A stretch of DNA of 64,000 nt from a virus (IMGVR_UViG_3300009130_000011:38755-102754), one strand, 5' to 3'. Counted from the first letter of the stretch, positions 19,123 through 28,737 are shown. Numbers and translations: made by a program. The notes: generated from the letters alone by a model not told the origin.

Positions 19123-19321
19123 TTTCTTCTTCTGAGAACCATTCGTATTCTGTGTTAAATAATTCGTCTACATTTTTAGGATGAAAGCCCATGCTTACCA
19201 TTAAGCCCTTAAACATATCTGCCAAGCCTTCTGCATCTACATCTTCATTGGATTCAACGCTATAAGTTTTATTATAATTAGTAATTGATATTTTCATTTT
19301 TTCTGCCCCCAAAATCCGCAA
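19106..19321 (-). CDS. hypothetical phage protein
   Basis: Array ORF; start uncertain. Confidence 0.6.
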   Translation of the reverse strand: MRILGAEKMKISITNYNKTYSVESNEDVDAEGLADMFKGLMVSMGFHPKNVDELFNTEYEWFSEEENDKLD

Positions 19322-19506
19322 AGACAGGGTTGGTTATCTTTCTGATTTGCGCCTTCTTTGTAGCCCTTATCGTACGCCTCTGTTTGATTTTTTAGCATAC
19401 TTTTTTCAAAATTTTTAGCAAGATATTCTTGTGCATCTGCCCACCCTTTATCGTAGCCTTTTTGATAGTTTATTTCTTCGCTTATTTGTTCAATCATTTT
19501 TTTCAA
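19294..19506 (-). CDS. hypothetical protein with YxKGY repeats
   Basis: YQKGYDKGW...YDKGYKEGA. Confidence 0.6.
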   Translation of the reverse strand: MKKMIEQISEEINYQKGYDKGWADAQEYLAKNFEKSMLKNQTEAYDKGYKEGANQKDNQPCLCGFWGQKK

Positions 19507-19507
19507 A

Positions 19508-19699
19508 TTATTTTTTTATAGAGCGTATAATTTGCTCTATTCCATGTGAATTTTTTGTAACAATAGATTCCCCATTTGATAAAGCTATTCTGTAGAAAAT
19601 AGAGTCTCCATGCGCTTTTTCTTTTACATACATAACCTGCTTTGGATTTATATGGTACTTTTCATTATTTGAATCTTCAACTTGAATAATATTTTTCAT
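19508..19699 (-). CDS. hypothetical phage protein
   Basis: Array ORF. Confidence 0.6.
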   Translation of the reverse strand: MKNIIQVEDSNNEKYHINPKQVMYVKEKAHGDSIFYRIALSNGESIVTKNSHGIEQIIRSIKK

Positions 19700-19716
19700 A
19701 ATATTTTTTATTTAAA

Positions 19717-19905
19717 TTAATTTTTAAGTTCTTTAAATTTTAAAATCCATTTCTCAACATCTTTAATTTCTGAAAATATTTCATTTAAATTTTCTTTCTT
19801 TGGCTTATTTACGCAATGTAAAACTTCTACCGATAGCTCGTTCAATTCTTCCGCAAGTTTAAGTAGGATATGCCTTTCTCTGCGCCTGTTTTCAATTTCT
19901 CTCAT
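19717..19905 (-). CDS. small protein with MazG-like helix pattern
   Basis: LAEELNEL...EIKDV resembles ExxE...ExxD. Confidence 0.45.
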   Translation of the reverse strand: MREIENRRRERHILLKLAEELNELSVEVLHCVNKPKKENLNEIFSEIKDVEKWILKFKELKN

Positions 19906-20275
19906 TTAAATCGTTAATTAGTTGTTTGATTTCTTCGCCTGTAACCCTGTGGTTTTCTAATAAATCGATAGTAGCAACCCTCAAAGCGTAAAGTGTATTA
20001 ATGTCAATTTCTCTTTCTGGTGGAATGTCTATATTTTCTTCATGCAAGGGGATTATGTCATCCAAGCAAACTAATTGCTTGCCGTAGAATAAATCTAAAT
20101 CTTTGTTTATTTGCAAAAATGCCGTTAGTAATTTATGTGGATTGTTTACTTCCTTTTTTAATTGTTTAATGTTCTCGTAAAGTATTTCGTTTTCTTGCTC
20201 AAGAGGATATATTTTCTCTAGTAAAAAATCATGGGTCATCCATAGCAGTTCTATCTGTTCCTTTCTGCTCACCAT
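19892..20275 (-). CDS. hypothetical protein
   Basis: TAATG-coupled ORF. Confidence 0.7.
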   Translation of the reverse strand: MVSRKEQIELLWMTHDFLLEKIYPLEQENEILYENIKQLKKEVNNPHKLLTAFLQINKDLDLFYGKQLVCLDDIIPLHEENIDIPPEREIDINTLYALRVATIDLLENHRVTGEEIKQLINDLNERN

Positions 20276-20526
20276 TAAAAAGCTCCGTACACCTCTTGTC
20301 GATCTTCTTCTGTAAAGCCAAAATCATTTTCATGCAAATTATTGTGGGCTTGATATGCCTTTTGAAGCTTTACGCGGAAATCGTCTAATGTTTCATTATT
20401 TATGTAATGCTTATTTGTAAATTCAGCAATCGCTTCCGCAACCAACTTCATTTCAAATGGGCTGGATATGAAATTGGCTTCCATGGTTTGGTGCGCAGAA
20501 TTTATATAAATAACTTCGGTTTTCAT
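20275..20526 (-). CDS. hypothetical protein
   Basis: TAATG-coupled ORF. Confidence 0.65.
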   Translation of the reverse strand: MKTEVIYINSAHQTMEANFISSPFEMKLVAEAIAEFTNKHYINNETLDDFRVKLQKAYQAHNNLHENDFGFTEEDRQEVYGAF

Positions 20527-20702
20527 TATAAAAATTTATATAGTATATTTAGCTGAGAAGTACCAAGATACCTTGTAACATAAGCGCAAAATTCTGCGAC
20601 CCTAGAAGCGCTCCACTTCTCTTCGTTAATAATATTTCCGACTTCAGAAAAGCCGCCGTCTTGCCATAGTTCTGTAAGTTGTACAAACGATGTATTATCC
20701 AT
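20526..20702 (-). CDS. hypothetical protein (58 aa, not in track)
   Basis: Hand-translated MDNTSFVQLTELWQDGG...; TAATG overlap with next gene. Confidence 0.6.
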   Translation of the reverse strand: MDNTSFVQLTELWQDGGFSEVGNIINEEKWSASRVAEFCAYVTRYLGTSQLNILYKFL

Positions 20703-20815
20703 TTTTTTATATATTTGAGTTTTTATTGTTTTGCTTTTGAGACTTTTATCTCATTGACTAAGAACAATAATGCATATTCGGCAGGCAAAGTCAAGCTTTT
20801 TGTGTATTTTTTTAT

Positions 20816-20992
20816 ATGAGGAACAGGATAATCGATTATTTGACTGTGGAAATTATGGCTGACAAAAGCTTTAAAGTCCATTACGCGGTAAGGGTTAGAG
20901 CTGCTTGGGCGCTTGCTGAAAAAAAATATGAGACGCTGACTGAAGAAGAAAAGGAGGAAATTATAAAAAAAATAAAACAACAGGGCGGTTAA
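20816..20992 (+). CDS. hypothetical protein (58 aa, plus strand, not in track)
   Basis: MRNRIIDYLTVEIMADKSFKVHYAVRVRAAWALAEKKYETLTEEEKEEIIKKIKQQGG; preceded by GTGTA-N9. Confidence 0.65.
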   Translation: MRNRIIDYLTVEIMADKSFKVHYAVRVRAAWALAEKKYETLTEEEKEEIIKKIKQQGG

Positions 20993-20993
20993 A

Positions 20994-21069
20994 TGGAGCC
21001 ACCTGTCAGGATCGAACTGACGACATCCTCATTACAAGTGAGGTGCTCTACCATCTGAGCTAAGGTGGC
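20994..21069 (-). tRNA. trnT: tRNA-Thr(UGU)
   Basis: GCCACCT/AGGTGGC acceptor stem, CT-TGT-AA loop, GTTCGATCC, encoded CCA. Confidence 0.97.
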
Positions 21070-21075
21070 AATATA

Positions 21076-21321
21076 TTAATCCAAAACTTGCTGGACATCT
21101 TCTAGAACCCATTTATCTGCATAGGGATCTTTTCTTTCCACGCTAATGGTTTGGCTAATGAAATTCTTTCTTTCCATCATTGCAAAATGAAATTCTAAGG
21201 CTTGCTCGGCATTTATTGCTTGAAAATAATGAAACGAATCATTCGCTTCATGACCTGCACCTGCGTTATATTTGACGCGAAAGGTGTAGAGCTTTGGTTG
21301 TTCATATTTCTTTTTTTTCAC
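21076..21321 (-). CDS. hypothetical protein
   Basis: GTG start; YFQAINAEQA motif. Confidence 0.65.
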   Translation of the reverse strand: MKKKKYEQPKLYTFRVKYNAGAGHEANDSFHYFQAINAEQALEFHFAMMERKNFISQTISVERKDPYADKWVLEDVQQVLD

Positions 21322-21352
21322 ACTATATTATAAAATTTTTAAGAGAAAATTT

Positions 21353-21538
21353 CTAAGTAAATGACTCGTCTTTATGCCCTTTATTAGGGCAAGTTGCATC
21401 ATGAAACCAAACTGAAGCCACACTAGCTTTTGTGGAATTAAACGGAAGAATCACCCAATAAAGCATTTCTGAGACAGGATGCCCGATGACATTATGAATA
21501 AACCAATTTCTGAATATCTTGTTTGTTATAGTTTTCAT
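21353..21538 (-). CDS. hypothetical protein
   Basis: IHNVIGHP...WFHDAT. Confidence 0.6.
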   Translation of the reverse strand: MKTITNKIFRNWFIHNVIGHPVSEMLYWVILPFNSTKASVASVWFHDATCPNKGHKDESFT

Positions 21539-22157
21539 GTTTGTTTAATAATTTAATTATATTTACTAAAGCTTTGTCTGCAATTTCGTCTTTTTGTTGG
21601 CGATTGCAATTTGGAAAAGCGCAATTATATATTAAAATATTTTTTGAATTGTAAGTTTTACTAAGCTTAAAGCAGAGAGAGCATAGCAAAATTAATACGA
21701 TCTTAAATTTTAATTTAGGGTGTTTTATTTTCAGGTAAGCACTTAACTCTTCGCATTCATGTATATCATTTTTTATCGACCAATCATGTTTTGTCGCATA
21801 TTCTGCATTATGATGAGATTCTAGATGACCCCGTTTAAGGAAAATTAATTGATCATCTTTCAGTTCAAGCAATTCCATAAAACGGACAATTCTTCTTTTC
21901 ATGGCTTGTTCGTCCTTAGGAAACGTATTATGAGGAAAAATTAATTTAGACTCTAAATTCATCGGATGCTCATCTCCGTGTGAATTTATAAATTTATCTT
22001 GAGGTAAAAAATTTTTAAAATTATTTTTAATTATGTTTGAAACTCCTCCGTGTGGTATTACCCAGTCGAAGGGCAAAGAAAAATTCCTTAAGTTTAAATC
22101 TCGAAGTTTTTCAGCTATTTGACATCCATAGCCCAAAGAAATGTAGATATTTTGCAT
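21492..22157 (-). CDS. DUF1796-like putative papain-type peptidase
   Basis: ISLGYGC, LRNFSLPFDW, FPH, KRRIVRF. Confidence 0.75.
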   Translation of the reverse strand: MQNIYISLGYGCQIAEKLRDLNLRNFSLPFDWVIPHGGVSNIIKNNFKNFLPQDKFINSHGDEHPMNLESKLIFPHNTFPKDEQAMKRRIVRFMELLELKDDQLIFLKRGHLESHHNAEYATKHDWSIKNDIHECEELSAYLKIKHPKLKFKIVLILLCSLCFKLSKTYNSKNILIYNCAFPNCNRQQKDEIADKALVNIIKLLNKHENYNKQDIQKLVYS

Positions 22158-22159
22158 AC

Positions 22160-22951
22160 TTATATTGAGTAGGGAAACCCCTGATAGTTAATAACTCTCC
22201 TATTTGGGTCGTTAGGTTTATCTAATTTTGTTGGAAATGTTGATTTATTAAGATTCGGCTCGCCTTTTATGTCTGCCTTCCTTATGTATGTCATTTCAAA
22301 ACACTCGGCAACTCTTGTGGAAACTTCATCATTAACATGATAGCAAACAGAACCACAATTATTGGGGTTAAAATGAATTGCCCAATGGCTTGAAGATAAT
22401 CTTTCTAAGCACCTCCATTTGTATCGCTCATATGGCTCATGGAACTCAATGGCGATTTGCTTGAATTTAGATAGCTGGTCATCATCAAGGCTATTTAGCC
22501 AAATATATTCGTCTCCTTCTATGTCCATCTTTAAAAAAATGTCATCATAGTCTTTCAACAAGTTAGATAAATTATCTTCTTTTTTAGAGTTTTTATCTGA
22601 GATATTCTTGCTGTAGAATTTTATTCTTCTATCTTTTGTAGGCATCTTCTCTATAGAGCCATCAAAAGCGTAAGCTGGAACATCATTGAGAGATAGAAAA
22701 TCTTGCTCAAAAGAGTCATCGTCATTGACTCCTGCACTAATTAAGCAATCGTAAGTCAAACCCTCTGCAATTACATAGCCTCCATCTCCATCTCTGCCAA
22801 CACGAATTTTATTGAAAGGTGATTCATGTATTAAAATAGAAGCTAATGGAAAATCTTTATTAATGAACTTAAACTTGTCTAGCCTAACAATATCTGCCAC
22901 ATCTATACCCATTTGTTGAGCAAAAGATAGATAATAACTTGGTAGATTCAT
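22160..22951 (-). CDS. FkbM/Methyltransf_22-like SAM methyltransferase
   Basis: GRDGDGGY, SAGVNDDDSFE, LKMDIEGDEY, QIAIEFH. Confidence 0.85.
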   Translation of the reverse strand: MNLPSYYLSFAQQMGIDVADIVRLDKFKFINKDFPLASILIHESPFNKIRVGRDGDGGYVIAEGLTYDCLISAGVNDDDSFEQDFLSLNDVPAYAFDGSIEKMPTKDRRIKFYSKNISDKNSKKEDNLSNLLKDYDDIFLKMDIEGDEYIWLNSLDDDQLSKFKQIAIEFHEPYERYKWRCLERLSSSHWAIHFNPNNCGSVCYHVNDEVSTRVAECFEMTYIRKADIKGEPNLNKSTFPTKLDKPNDPNRRVINYQGFPYSI

Positions 22952-22953
22952 AT

Positions 22954-23514
22954 TTATTTAAATATATTAAAAAATTCTTTTGGATGAATTAATTCTGAAT
23001 AAGGAAGGTTATACATGTCAACTTTTGTGGTAAAGTCATTGCTATTGTCCACATCTCCTTTCTTCCATAGTTTAGCTTTTTTAAAATACTCGTCTCTTTC
23101 CATGAAGCCACAAAACCATACGCTTAATGGGTTGTAATACTGCCTAGGATGTTCTTTTGTTGAGCGTTGAAAGGTTATACTTAAAAATAAGTAATAATTA
23201 GGTTGTTGGTGCTTGCTTGTGTCTGCTATAGAAGCATCGTAATAAGACTTAGGATTGGCAGTCCTGCGCTTAGTCTTTACTTCAAGATCAATCTCTGTAG
23301 AGCCTTTGTATTTTATTAAATCTCTGTCATATTTGGATCTACCAAGTTCGCAACTAACATTATTTGCCTTAATATGTTTTGCAATTGAAAACTCCCCTAA
23401 ATATCCAGCCCTATTACCCCCACCTTTAGTTATTGAATTATTTATTTCTCCAAGTTCTTCAGCCTTTTTTTTGGCTTCTGCGATCATTGCGTGAGTAAAT
23501 GGTATTTCAATCAT
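22954..23514 (-). CDS. PD-(D/E)xK-like protein
   Basis: GYLGE...YDRD...EVKTK. Confidence 0.55.
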   Translation of the reverse strand: MIEIPFTHAMIAEAKKKAEELGEINNSITKGGGNRAGYLGEFSIAKHIKANNVSCELGRSKYDRDLIKYKGSTEIDLEVKTKRRTANPKSYYDASIADTSKHQQPNYYLFLSITFQRSTKEHPRQYYNPLSVWFCGFMERDEYFKKAKLWKKGDVDNSNDFTTKVDMYNLPYSELIHPKEFFNIFK

Positions 23515-24392
23515 AAATCTTTATGCCATGTCTGTAGGCTTTGGTGAATGAAGAAAGTATTCGGATGGTCTTCTGCTTTAACAGTAAAGGGTAGAAATCT
23601 TGACCAAGCTGCAGAAGCTGGGTTGTCATTATCAACTTTACTTAGATTTTTTGGATGAAAACTATCATAAACCACCCAAGGGTTTTCTTTGTCAATACTT
23701 GGAACTCTAGGCAGATTAACGCAGAACCAAGGAAATACATTAACTCCGTTTCCTGTTGCTAAATTTTCTGTTGCGTTTTTATACTTTATGTACGCTTCTC
23801 TTAGAAATCTTGGGCCAGTACTCCTTAATACGTTTTGGGTTTTAGGGTTCACATGAGGATTTGCTTTTAATTTTTTTTCTTGCTGAAATTGATAAGCTTG
23901 CAAACAAAAATGAACGAAAGGCCAAAACGGATCGCCTTTTGAAGAAACCATAATCCCGTTAAAAATTGTTTTTTGCAGGAAGAAAGCATTAGGGTATTCT
24001 TCAAAAAGAAATACTGATTTAGCACCTGCCCCAGATCTGTCGAGCGGCTGAATGACCCCTTTGTCTAGAAAATTAATCATTCTAGCAATGGGCTGAACTG
24101 CCTCCATGTCTAAGTCTAAATAAATGCCTCCATAGCGGTGCAAATAAAAATATCTGCAAGCATCAGCTTTTTGCACTGGCCATTTATAAGAATCATATGT
24201 GGGGAGAAACCAATTATAATGATCTTTAATTAAATTGTAATTATCTTCGTCGGACCAAAACTTATATTCAAAATTAGGATTAATTTTTAACAAGCGTTCG
24301 CGGTAAAGGCTTTCTTCTTTAGTTATTGAGTCTTCATCCTTCTGACTCTGGTGAATAATTTTTGGAATCATCTTATCTTTTTCTCGGGCCAA
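23511..24392 (-). CDS. GT32 (Och1-like, DxD) glycosyltransferase
   Basis: [32 protein letters not shown]. Confidence 0.9.
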   Translation of the reverse strand: MAREKDKMIPKIIHQSQKDEDSITKEESLYRERLLKINPNFEYKFWSDEDNYNLIKDHYNWFLPTYDSYKWPVQKADACRYFYLHRYGGIYLDLDMEAVQPIARMINFLDKGVIQPLDRSGAGAKSVFLFEEYPNAFFLQKTIFNGIMVSSKGDPFWPFVHFCLQAYQFQQEKKLKANPHVNPKTQNVLRSTGPRFLREAYIKYKNATENLATGNGVNVFPWFCVNLPRVPSIDKENPWVVYDSFHPKNLSKVDNDNPASAAWSRFLPFTVKAEDHPNTFFIHQSLQTWHKDL

Positions 24393-24657
24393 AACTTCTT
24401 TTTGGAGATTGTTTGTTTGAGACGGGGTTTCTGAGTCGATATATGATTCTGGCTTTGTCCAGATCTAAGGGGCTCATCTCCATCTTAACAAGATCGCCAA
24501 CAGTAATCTTAATAAAATGTTTTCTAAGTTTTCCAGATATGTGAGCTAAGACCTCATGACCATTTGAAAGCTCTGCGCGGAACATGGTGCTCGGTAGAAC
24601 TGCAGTTATTTTTCCCTCAACCTCCACCATCCCTTGACTTTTTTTATTCGGACTCAT
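24373..24657 (-). CDS. infA: translation initiation factor IF-1
   Basis: [62 protein letters not shown] plus basic tail. Confidence 0.96.
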   Translation of the reverse strand: MSPNKKSQGMVEVEGKITAVLPSTMFRAELSNGHEVLAHISGKLRKHFIKITVGDLVKMEMSPLDLDKARIIYRLRNPVSNKQSPKRSFGPRKR

Positions 24658-25174
24658 TGTATTTATTTAAAATTTTTTTAGCTTTATGAATGGTTCTTCG
24701 TCGATAGCTGTATATATTGCGCATTGAATACCCTGTTTCGTGAGACATTTGTTTTGGACTCTTGCCTTCCAGCATTTTATCAAACATAATTAAAGACTTT
24801 GAAGAAAGATTTGACCTAATTACTTCTATCAAGCGCATTCTCTCCATTTTTATTTCATGCAAAATTTTCTCTTCAAGTTTTTCATCCGCCAAGAATTCAT
24901 ATAGAGGCTCTGCTCCATACGAAACTCTTTTCAATTCTCTAGCCCTCTTTTTTTTAAAAGCCATGAGAGTGAAACGAGCTACAGAAAAAGCCCAAGGCAA
25001 AAAGTCTCTAGAATCGTCAAAGTTATCCCGTTTTTTGATGAGAGTCAAATTAGTCTCTTGTAAGATGTCATTAACTTCGTCAGCATAATAATGCATTGAA
25101 GATAGAAAGCTTTTTAGCTTAGTCTGGCTGTCAGACATATTTTTGAAATAAGCGTCTTTAACTAACTTGGACAT
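24644..25174 (-). CDS. ECF-type RNA polymerase sigma factor
   Basis: Region 2 DILQETNL...[12 protein letters not shown]; region 4 [21 protein letters not shown]. Confidence 0.82.
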   Translation of the reverse strand: MSKLVKDAYFKNMSDSQTKLKSFLSSMHYYADEVNDILQETNLTLIKKRDNFDDSRDFLPWAFSVARFTLMAFKKKRARELKRVSYGAEPLYEFLADEKLEEKILHEIKMERMRLIEVIRSNLSSKSLIMFDKMLEGKSPKQMSHETGYSMRNIYSYRRRTIHKAKKILNKYNESE

Positions 25175-25177
25175 AAA

Positions 25178-25591
25178 TTAATGGATGCAAGCTCCTCCTT
25201 TTTTTAGAAAAGCCATAAAATCCGATAAAAAAGTTTTGTTACCGCTAAAGTGCATCATTAATGTATTGTGATCTTTGTTGCGAAGCGCATCATAATAATC
25301 TTCATAACCGTCATCATCATAGCCAAAGTGTTTGAAAAAATCTGTGATCTGCTCGTCTGGAATGTCCTCATATGCCACTTCAATTGCTTGAAATAATTTC
25401 TCACAATCTCCTTGAGTTATTTTTTGACCATCATTGCTGAGATAAGAGCCGTCCCAAGATTCATCATTTTCTAGAAGTGTGCCAGCAGGTTCCCAGCCGT
25501 ATGCTTCGCCTAATAAAAGCAAAGGCCTCCACTCAAAAAAGTTTATATTAAACTCTTCGCTATCTTCTATGCTAACTAAAGTGAAGCCCAT
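25178..25591 (-). CDS. hypothetical protein
   Basis: YGWEPAGT...YLSNDGQ. Confidence 0.75.
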   Translation of the reverse strand: MGFTLVSIEDSEEFNINFFEWRPLLLLGEAYGWEPAGTLLENDESWDGSYLSNDGQKITQGDCEKLFQAIEVAYEDIPDEQITDFFKHFGYDDDGYEDYYDALRNKDHNTLMMHFSGNKTFLSDFMAFLKKGGACIH

Positions 25592-25711
25592 TATGGATTT
25601 ATCGTTTCAGAATTAGACAAGATTAAATCTAGCTTTTCATCTATTTTTAGAAGCTGACTTTGAAAATAAAATACAAAAATAATAGCTATTAAGCTCCAAA
25701 TATACTTTTGT

Positions 25712-25984
25712 TTAATCCTCATATTGAGGATTCCAGTAAACATTATCAAAAAGAACTAGTTCTACTTTTTCCCCGTGATCAACTTCAAAACCTACGGGGT
25801 CACCTTCTCCTACGGGAAAGTCACTATCCTTATAAAAAAATTCTAAAAAATCTGTCGCGAAAACAATGTCTTCGCTATTTAATGCTAATCTAGATTGGCT
25901 AGTTGTGGTAGAGAAAGATTCCTCTGTTTGACCAATTAGCTTTTCTCTAGAACCTGTAACAAATGATGCTTTAATGCTTTTCAT
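25712..25984 (-). CDS. hypothetical protein
   Basis: Array ORF. Confidence 0.6.
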   Translation of the reverse strand: MKSIKASFVTGSREKLIGQTEESFSTTTSQSRLALNSEDIVFATDFLEFFYKDSDFPVGEGDPVGFEVDHGEKVELVLFDNVYWNPQYED

Positions 25985-25988
25985 AAAA

Positions 25989-27149
25989 TTATTTCAAAAG
26001 CCCCCAATGAAAGTTTGTTTTAGCCTTTCCTCTTTCTTTGTATTCTTCCTCTGTAACTAGACATCTTTCTTTAAGACGAGACACTCGAGTTTTATTATGA
26101 TAGCACTGTATCACAAATAACATTTCTCGATAAAAAGAACTAAAAGCTCCCCCTCCATGAGATTTTGCCCCTCGTTTGATCTTTATTCTGTCAGAATATC
26201 TCACTCTTGATACTTCTCGAAATTTACCTACCACAACATTTTCATCTGGGCAATCTTCTCCTTGCATTGCAATATTGACCCCTTCTTTTTGGAGATTTAG
26301 AAAACCATCGCTGTCCGCAGTAAGCATTTGCCAGAGAGTTTTTGCTTTCTCGGGGTGGCGTTGCCAATATTGGAAAAGAGCTACGTGATGCCCATCAAAA
26401 AGAGGTCTCGTTTTGTCTTGGTTGTTTATAATCTCCACAGCTTCCCTTGCTACTTCATTATAAGTTTTCCCCTGCTCTGACGGAAAGTCTTCTCTCATAA
26501 TTTCTTGAGCTTCTTGTTTGGTGCATAAACCCTTGTCCATGCCGTCGCCACTAAGAGTCTTTCTAAACGAATTATATATAAGTTTAAGAGCTTTTGCTCC
26601 GACTTTGTCGCTTTTCTTAATGCACCCATTAAGAATTGCAGTATCAACTAAAGATCTTGATGCTCCGCCATCTACGATGTCTGCCATTTCGGGCGGCTGG
26701 CCTTTTAAGACAAGAAAGGGGGCTGAAAATTCTGCAAGGTTATCGGGGTTTCTTAGTTCGGCAGTTTTAACAACCGCCCTAAGTCTATGCTCTCCATTAA
26801 TACGAGTTCCGTCTTCGGTGAACATTAAGCAATCGTTCCCAGATTTCCACTCACCTCGATCCATTGATCTGGAGTATTCTGATACAAAAGATTTCCTGAG
26901 AGTTCGATTGTAACCATTGTGATGGTCCAAAATGTGCTTCGCTTCTTCGCCATTAATATAAGCTAGGACAGGTATTGGATCATAATGCGCAGATATAAAA
27001 CGATGAACAGGTTTAAGATTGCCATCTACCATTTCCCAATATGGTGAATGCTGCTTTCTTGAAGCTTCTGTAATCATTTCTGAGTTTGAATTAATTTGAT
27101 TGCGATTTTTAACTTTCGTCTTCATTGTTTTGTAATAACTTATTGACAT
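25989..27149 (-). CDS. ParB/DGQHR-like N-terminal domain protein
   Basis: YNRTL...YSRSMDRGEW...DGTRINGEHRLRAV; start may be ATG 27125. Confidence 0.65.
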   Translation of the reverse strand: MSISYYKTMKTKVKNRNQINSNSEMITEASRKQHSPYWEMVDGNLKPVHRFISAHYDPIPVLAYINGEEAKHILDHHNGYNRTLRKSFVSEYSRSMDRGEWKSGNDCLMFTEDGTRINGEHRLRAVVKTAELRNPDNLAEFSAPFLVLKGQPPEMADIVDGGASRSLVDTAILNGCIKKSDKVGAKALKLIYNSFRKTLSGDGMDKGLCTKQEAQEIMREDFPSEQGKTYNEVAREAVEIINNQDKTRPLFDGHHVALFQYWQRHPEKAKTLWQMLTADSDGFLNLQKEGVNIAMQGEDCPDENVVVGKFREVSRVRYSDRIKIKRGAKSHGGGAFSSFYREMLFVIQCYHNKTRVSRLKERCLVTEEEYKERGKAKTNFHWGLLK

Positions 27150-27396
27150 TTAAAGCTTCATCGAAAACGAATTGACCGCTTTCGGCTAGGCTATCTAAAT
27201 CTTTTTGTTTTATTTGGGTTTTTTCTGTTTTGCGAAACCAATTTCTTTGCGCCATACTTGTGACAAAACGCATGAAAGAAAAGGCATAAACTTTATTTAA
27301 GCAAACTTTATTGCCGTCTGCTTGGGTGATTGTAAATGTTTTATTCTCATCGTCCCATTCAAATTTTGCGTATTTTAGAGATCTTTCAATTTTCAT
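27109..27396 (-). CDS. hypothetical protein
   Basis: ORF behind promoter. Confidence 0.7.
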   Translation of the reverse strand: MKIERSLKYAKFEWDDENKTFTITQADGNKVCLNKVYAFSFMRFVTSMAQRNWFRKTEKTQIKQKDLDSLAESGQFVFDEALNVNKLLQNNEDES

Positions 27397-27405
27397 TATT
27401 CTTTA

Positions 27406-27434
27406 ATGTTAGCACAAAGAGGTTTAATTGTCAA
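27406..27434 (-). promoter_or_regulatory. sigma70-type promoter, extended -10
   Basis: TTGACA-N17-TAACAT (TGn extension)-N9-ATG(27396). Confidence 0.7.
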
Positions 27435-27589
27435 GATTATTTTTGACGAATTTTTCCGCTTCATCAAAAGCTTCTGGATGATATTTCTTGCACCATTTCA
27501 ATACCCATTCTTTAACATAGATATTAACTAAATCTTCTTTATCGAAATTAATCGAATACTTCCCGCATGGAGTTGGCTCTCTACGCTGT

Positions 27590-28414
27590 CTAACTCGCAT
27601 TGAAACACCTCTTCAACCCTTCTTCAATGCTTACCTTTGGTTCCCATCCTAAAGCTTTTAGCTCTGATATATCTGCAAGAGTATTTCTCGCATCACCTTT
27701 TCTCGCTGAAGCGTATTTCCAAGACACGCCTTTATTATGCTCGTCAATATAGTTTTTAATATAGTTCATTGATACGGCTTTTCCAGATCCAACATTAAAA
27801 TATTTTCCATTAAATTTTTGCTCGCTGTTCATCACAAAAATATTAGCAGATACAATATCCTCAACATGAACTAAGTCTCTGGTCTGTTCTCCGTCTCCGT
27901 CCATTCTTAATTGATCGCATTTCCTTATTTTTTCCATCCAAGCTGCAATTGCAGTAGTATAAGCTCCTCCATATGGCTGGTCTTCAGAATACGCATTAAA
28001 ATATCTCAAGCAAACTGTATCCATCCCATATAAGCGAGAATAAAGCTCACACTCCATCTCTGACATTAGTTTATGTAATCCGTAGGGAGATAAGGGAACT
28101 CCGTCTCCATGCCCCATAATTGCAGAAGAAGAAGAGAAAATAAACCTTTTTACCCCATGGTCTTTACTCCACTCTAGAAGTCTAGAGGTCGATAAAACAT
28201 TTTGTTTTAAAGTATAGCTCGGCGACTCTACAGACATTTCAACTCTGGGAAGCGCCGCAAAATGAAATACAAAATCGAAATCGCCGTCAGGTAATCGTTC
28301 ATTCAAATCTTCTCCATCTTTTAGGTCAATTCCTACTACAGGCTTACCTAGCATTTTAACTTTTTTGTATAGGTGTCCACCTATATACCCTTTATGGCCA
28401 GTTACTAATATCAT
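27590..28414 (-). CDS. NAD-dependent nucleotide-sugar epimerase/dehydratase
   Basis: ILVTGHKGYIG, FSSSSA, YGLHK (YxxxK), LRYFN, RDLVHVED; start moved to ATG 28414. Confidence 0.92.
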   Translation of the reverse strand: MILVTGHKGYIGGHLYKKVKMLGKPVVGIDLKDGEDLNERLPDGDFDFVFHFAALPRVEMSVESPSYTLKQNVLSTSRLLEWSKDHGVKRFIFSSSSAIMGHGDGVPLSPYGLHKLMSEMECELYSRLYGMDTVCLRYFNAYSEDQPYGGAYTTAIAAWMEKIRKCDQLRMDGDGEQTRDLVHVEDIVSANIFVMNSEQKFNGKYFNVGSGKAVSMNYIKNYIDEHNKGVSWKYASARKGDARNTLADISELKALGWEPKVSIEEGLKRCFNAS

Positions 28415-28730
28415 TTTTTTTATTACTATTATATGGATAAAGCCAACCTCTGCCAGAATGAATTTCTTCTGTATCTGGAGGTTGTTCAAATTTTAAATTA
28501 AGAGACTCTACTATTTTATTCGCTTCCTCAGATTTTAGTGGAAGCATTTCTCCGTCAACCCACACTGCATAAGGTAAAGACCCATTAAGATTGAATGGAT
28601 GGGGCAATCGGTTTACTTCGACTACAGGCTCAACAGCAAGATTGGGAAAAGGTTCGATGTCCTTAGTCACGCTAGTAAAGCATCCAGACATAAAACTGAG
28701 GTATAAGAATAATCCCGCTTTTTTTATCAT
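28392..28730 (-). CDS. putative lipoprotein
   Basis: MIKKAGLFLYLSFMSGC lipobox-like N-terminus; start from promoter geometry. Confidence 0.6.
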   Translation of the reverse strand: MIKKAGLFLYLSFMSGCFTSVTKDIEPFPNLAVEPVVEVNRLPHPFNLNGSLPYAVWVDGEMLPLKSEEANKIVESLNLKFEQPPDTEEIHSGRGWLYPYNSNKKNDISNWP

Positions 28731-28737
28731 TAAAAAT

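Noticed and set aside
20723-20980. Minus-strand 85-aa Phe-rich ORF
   Set aside because: Antisense of the A-rich plus-strand gene 20816..20992
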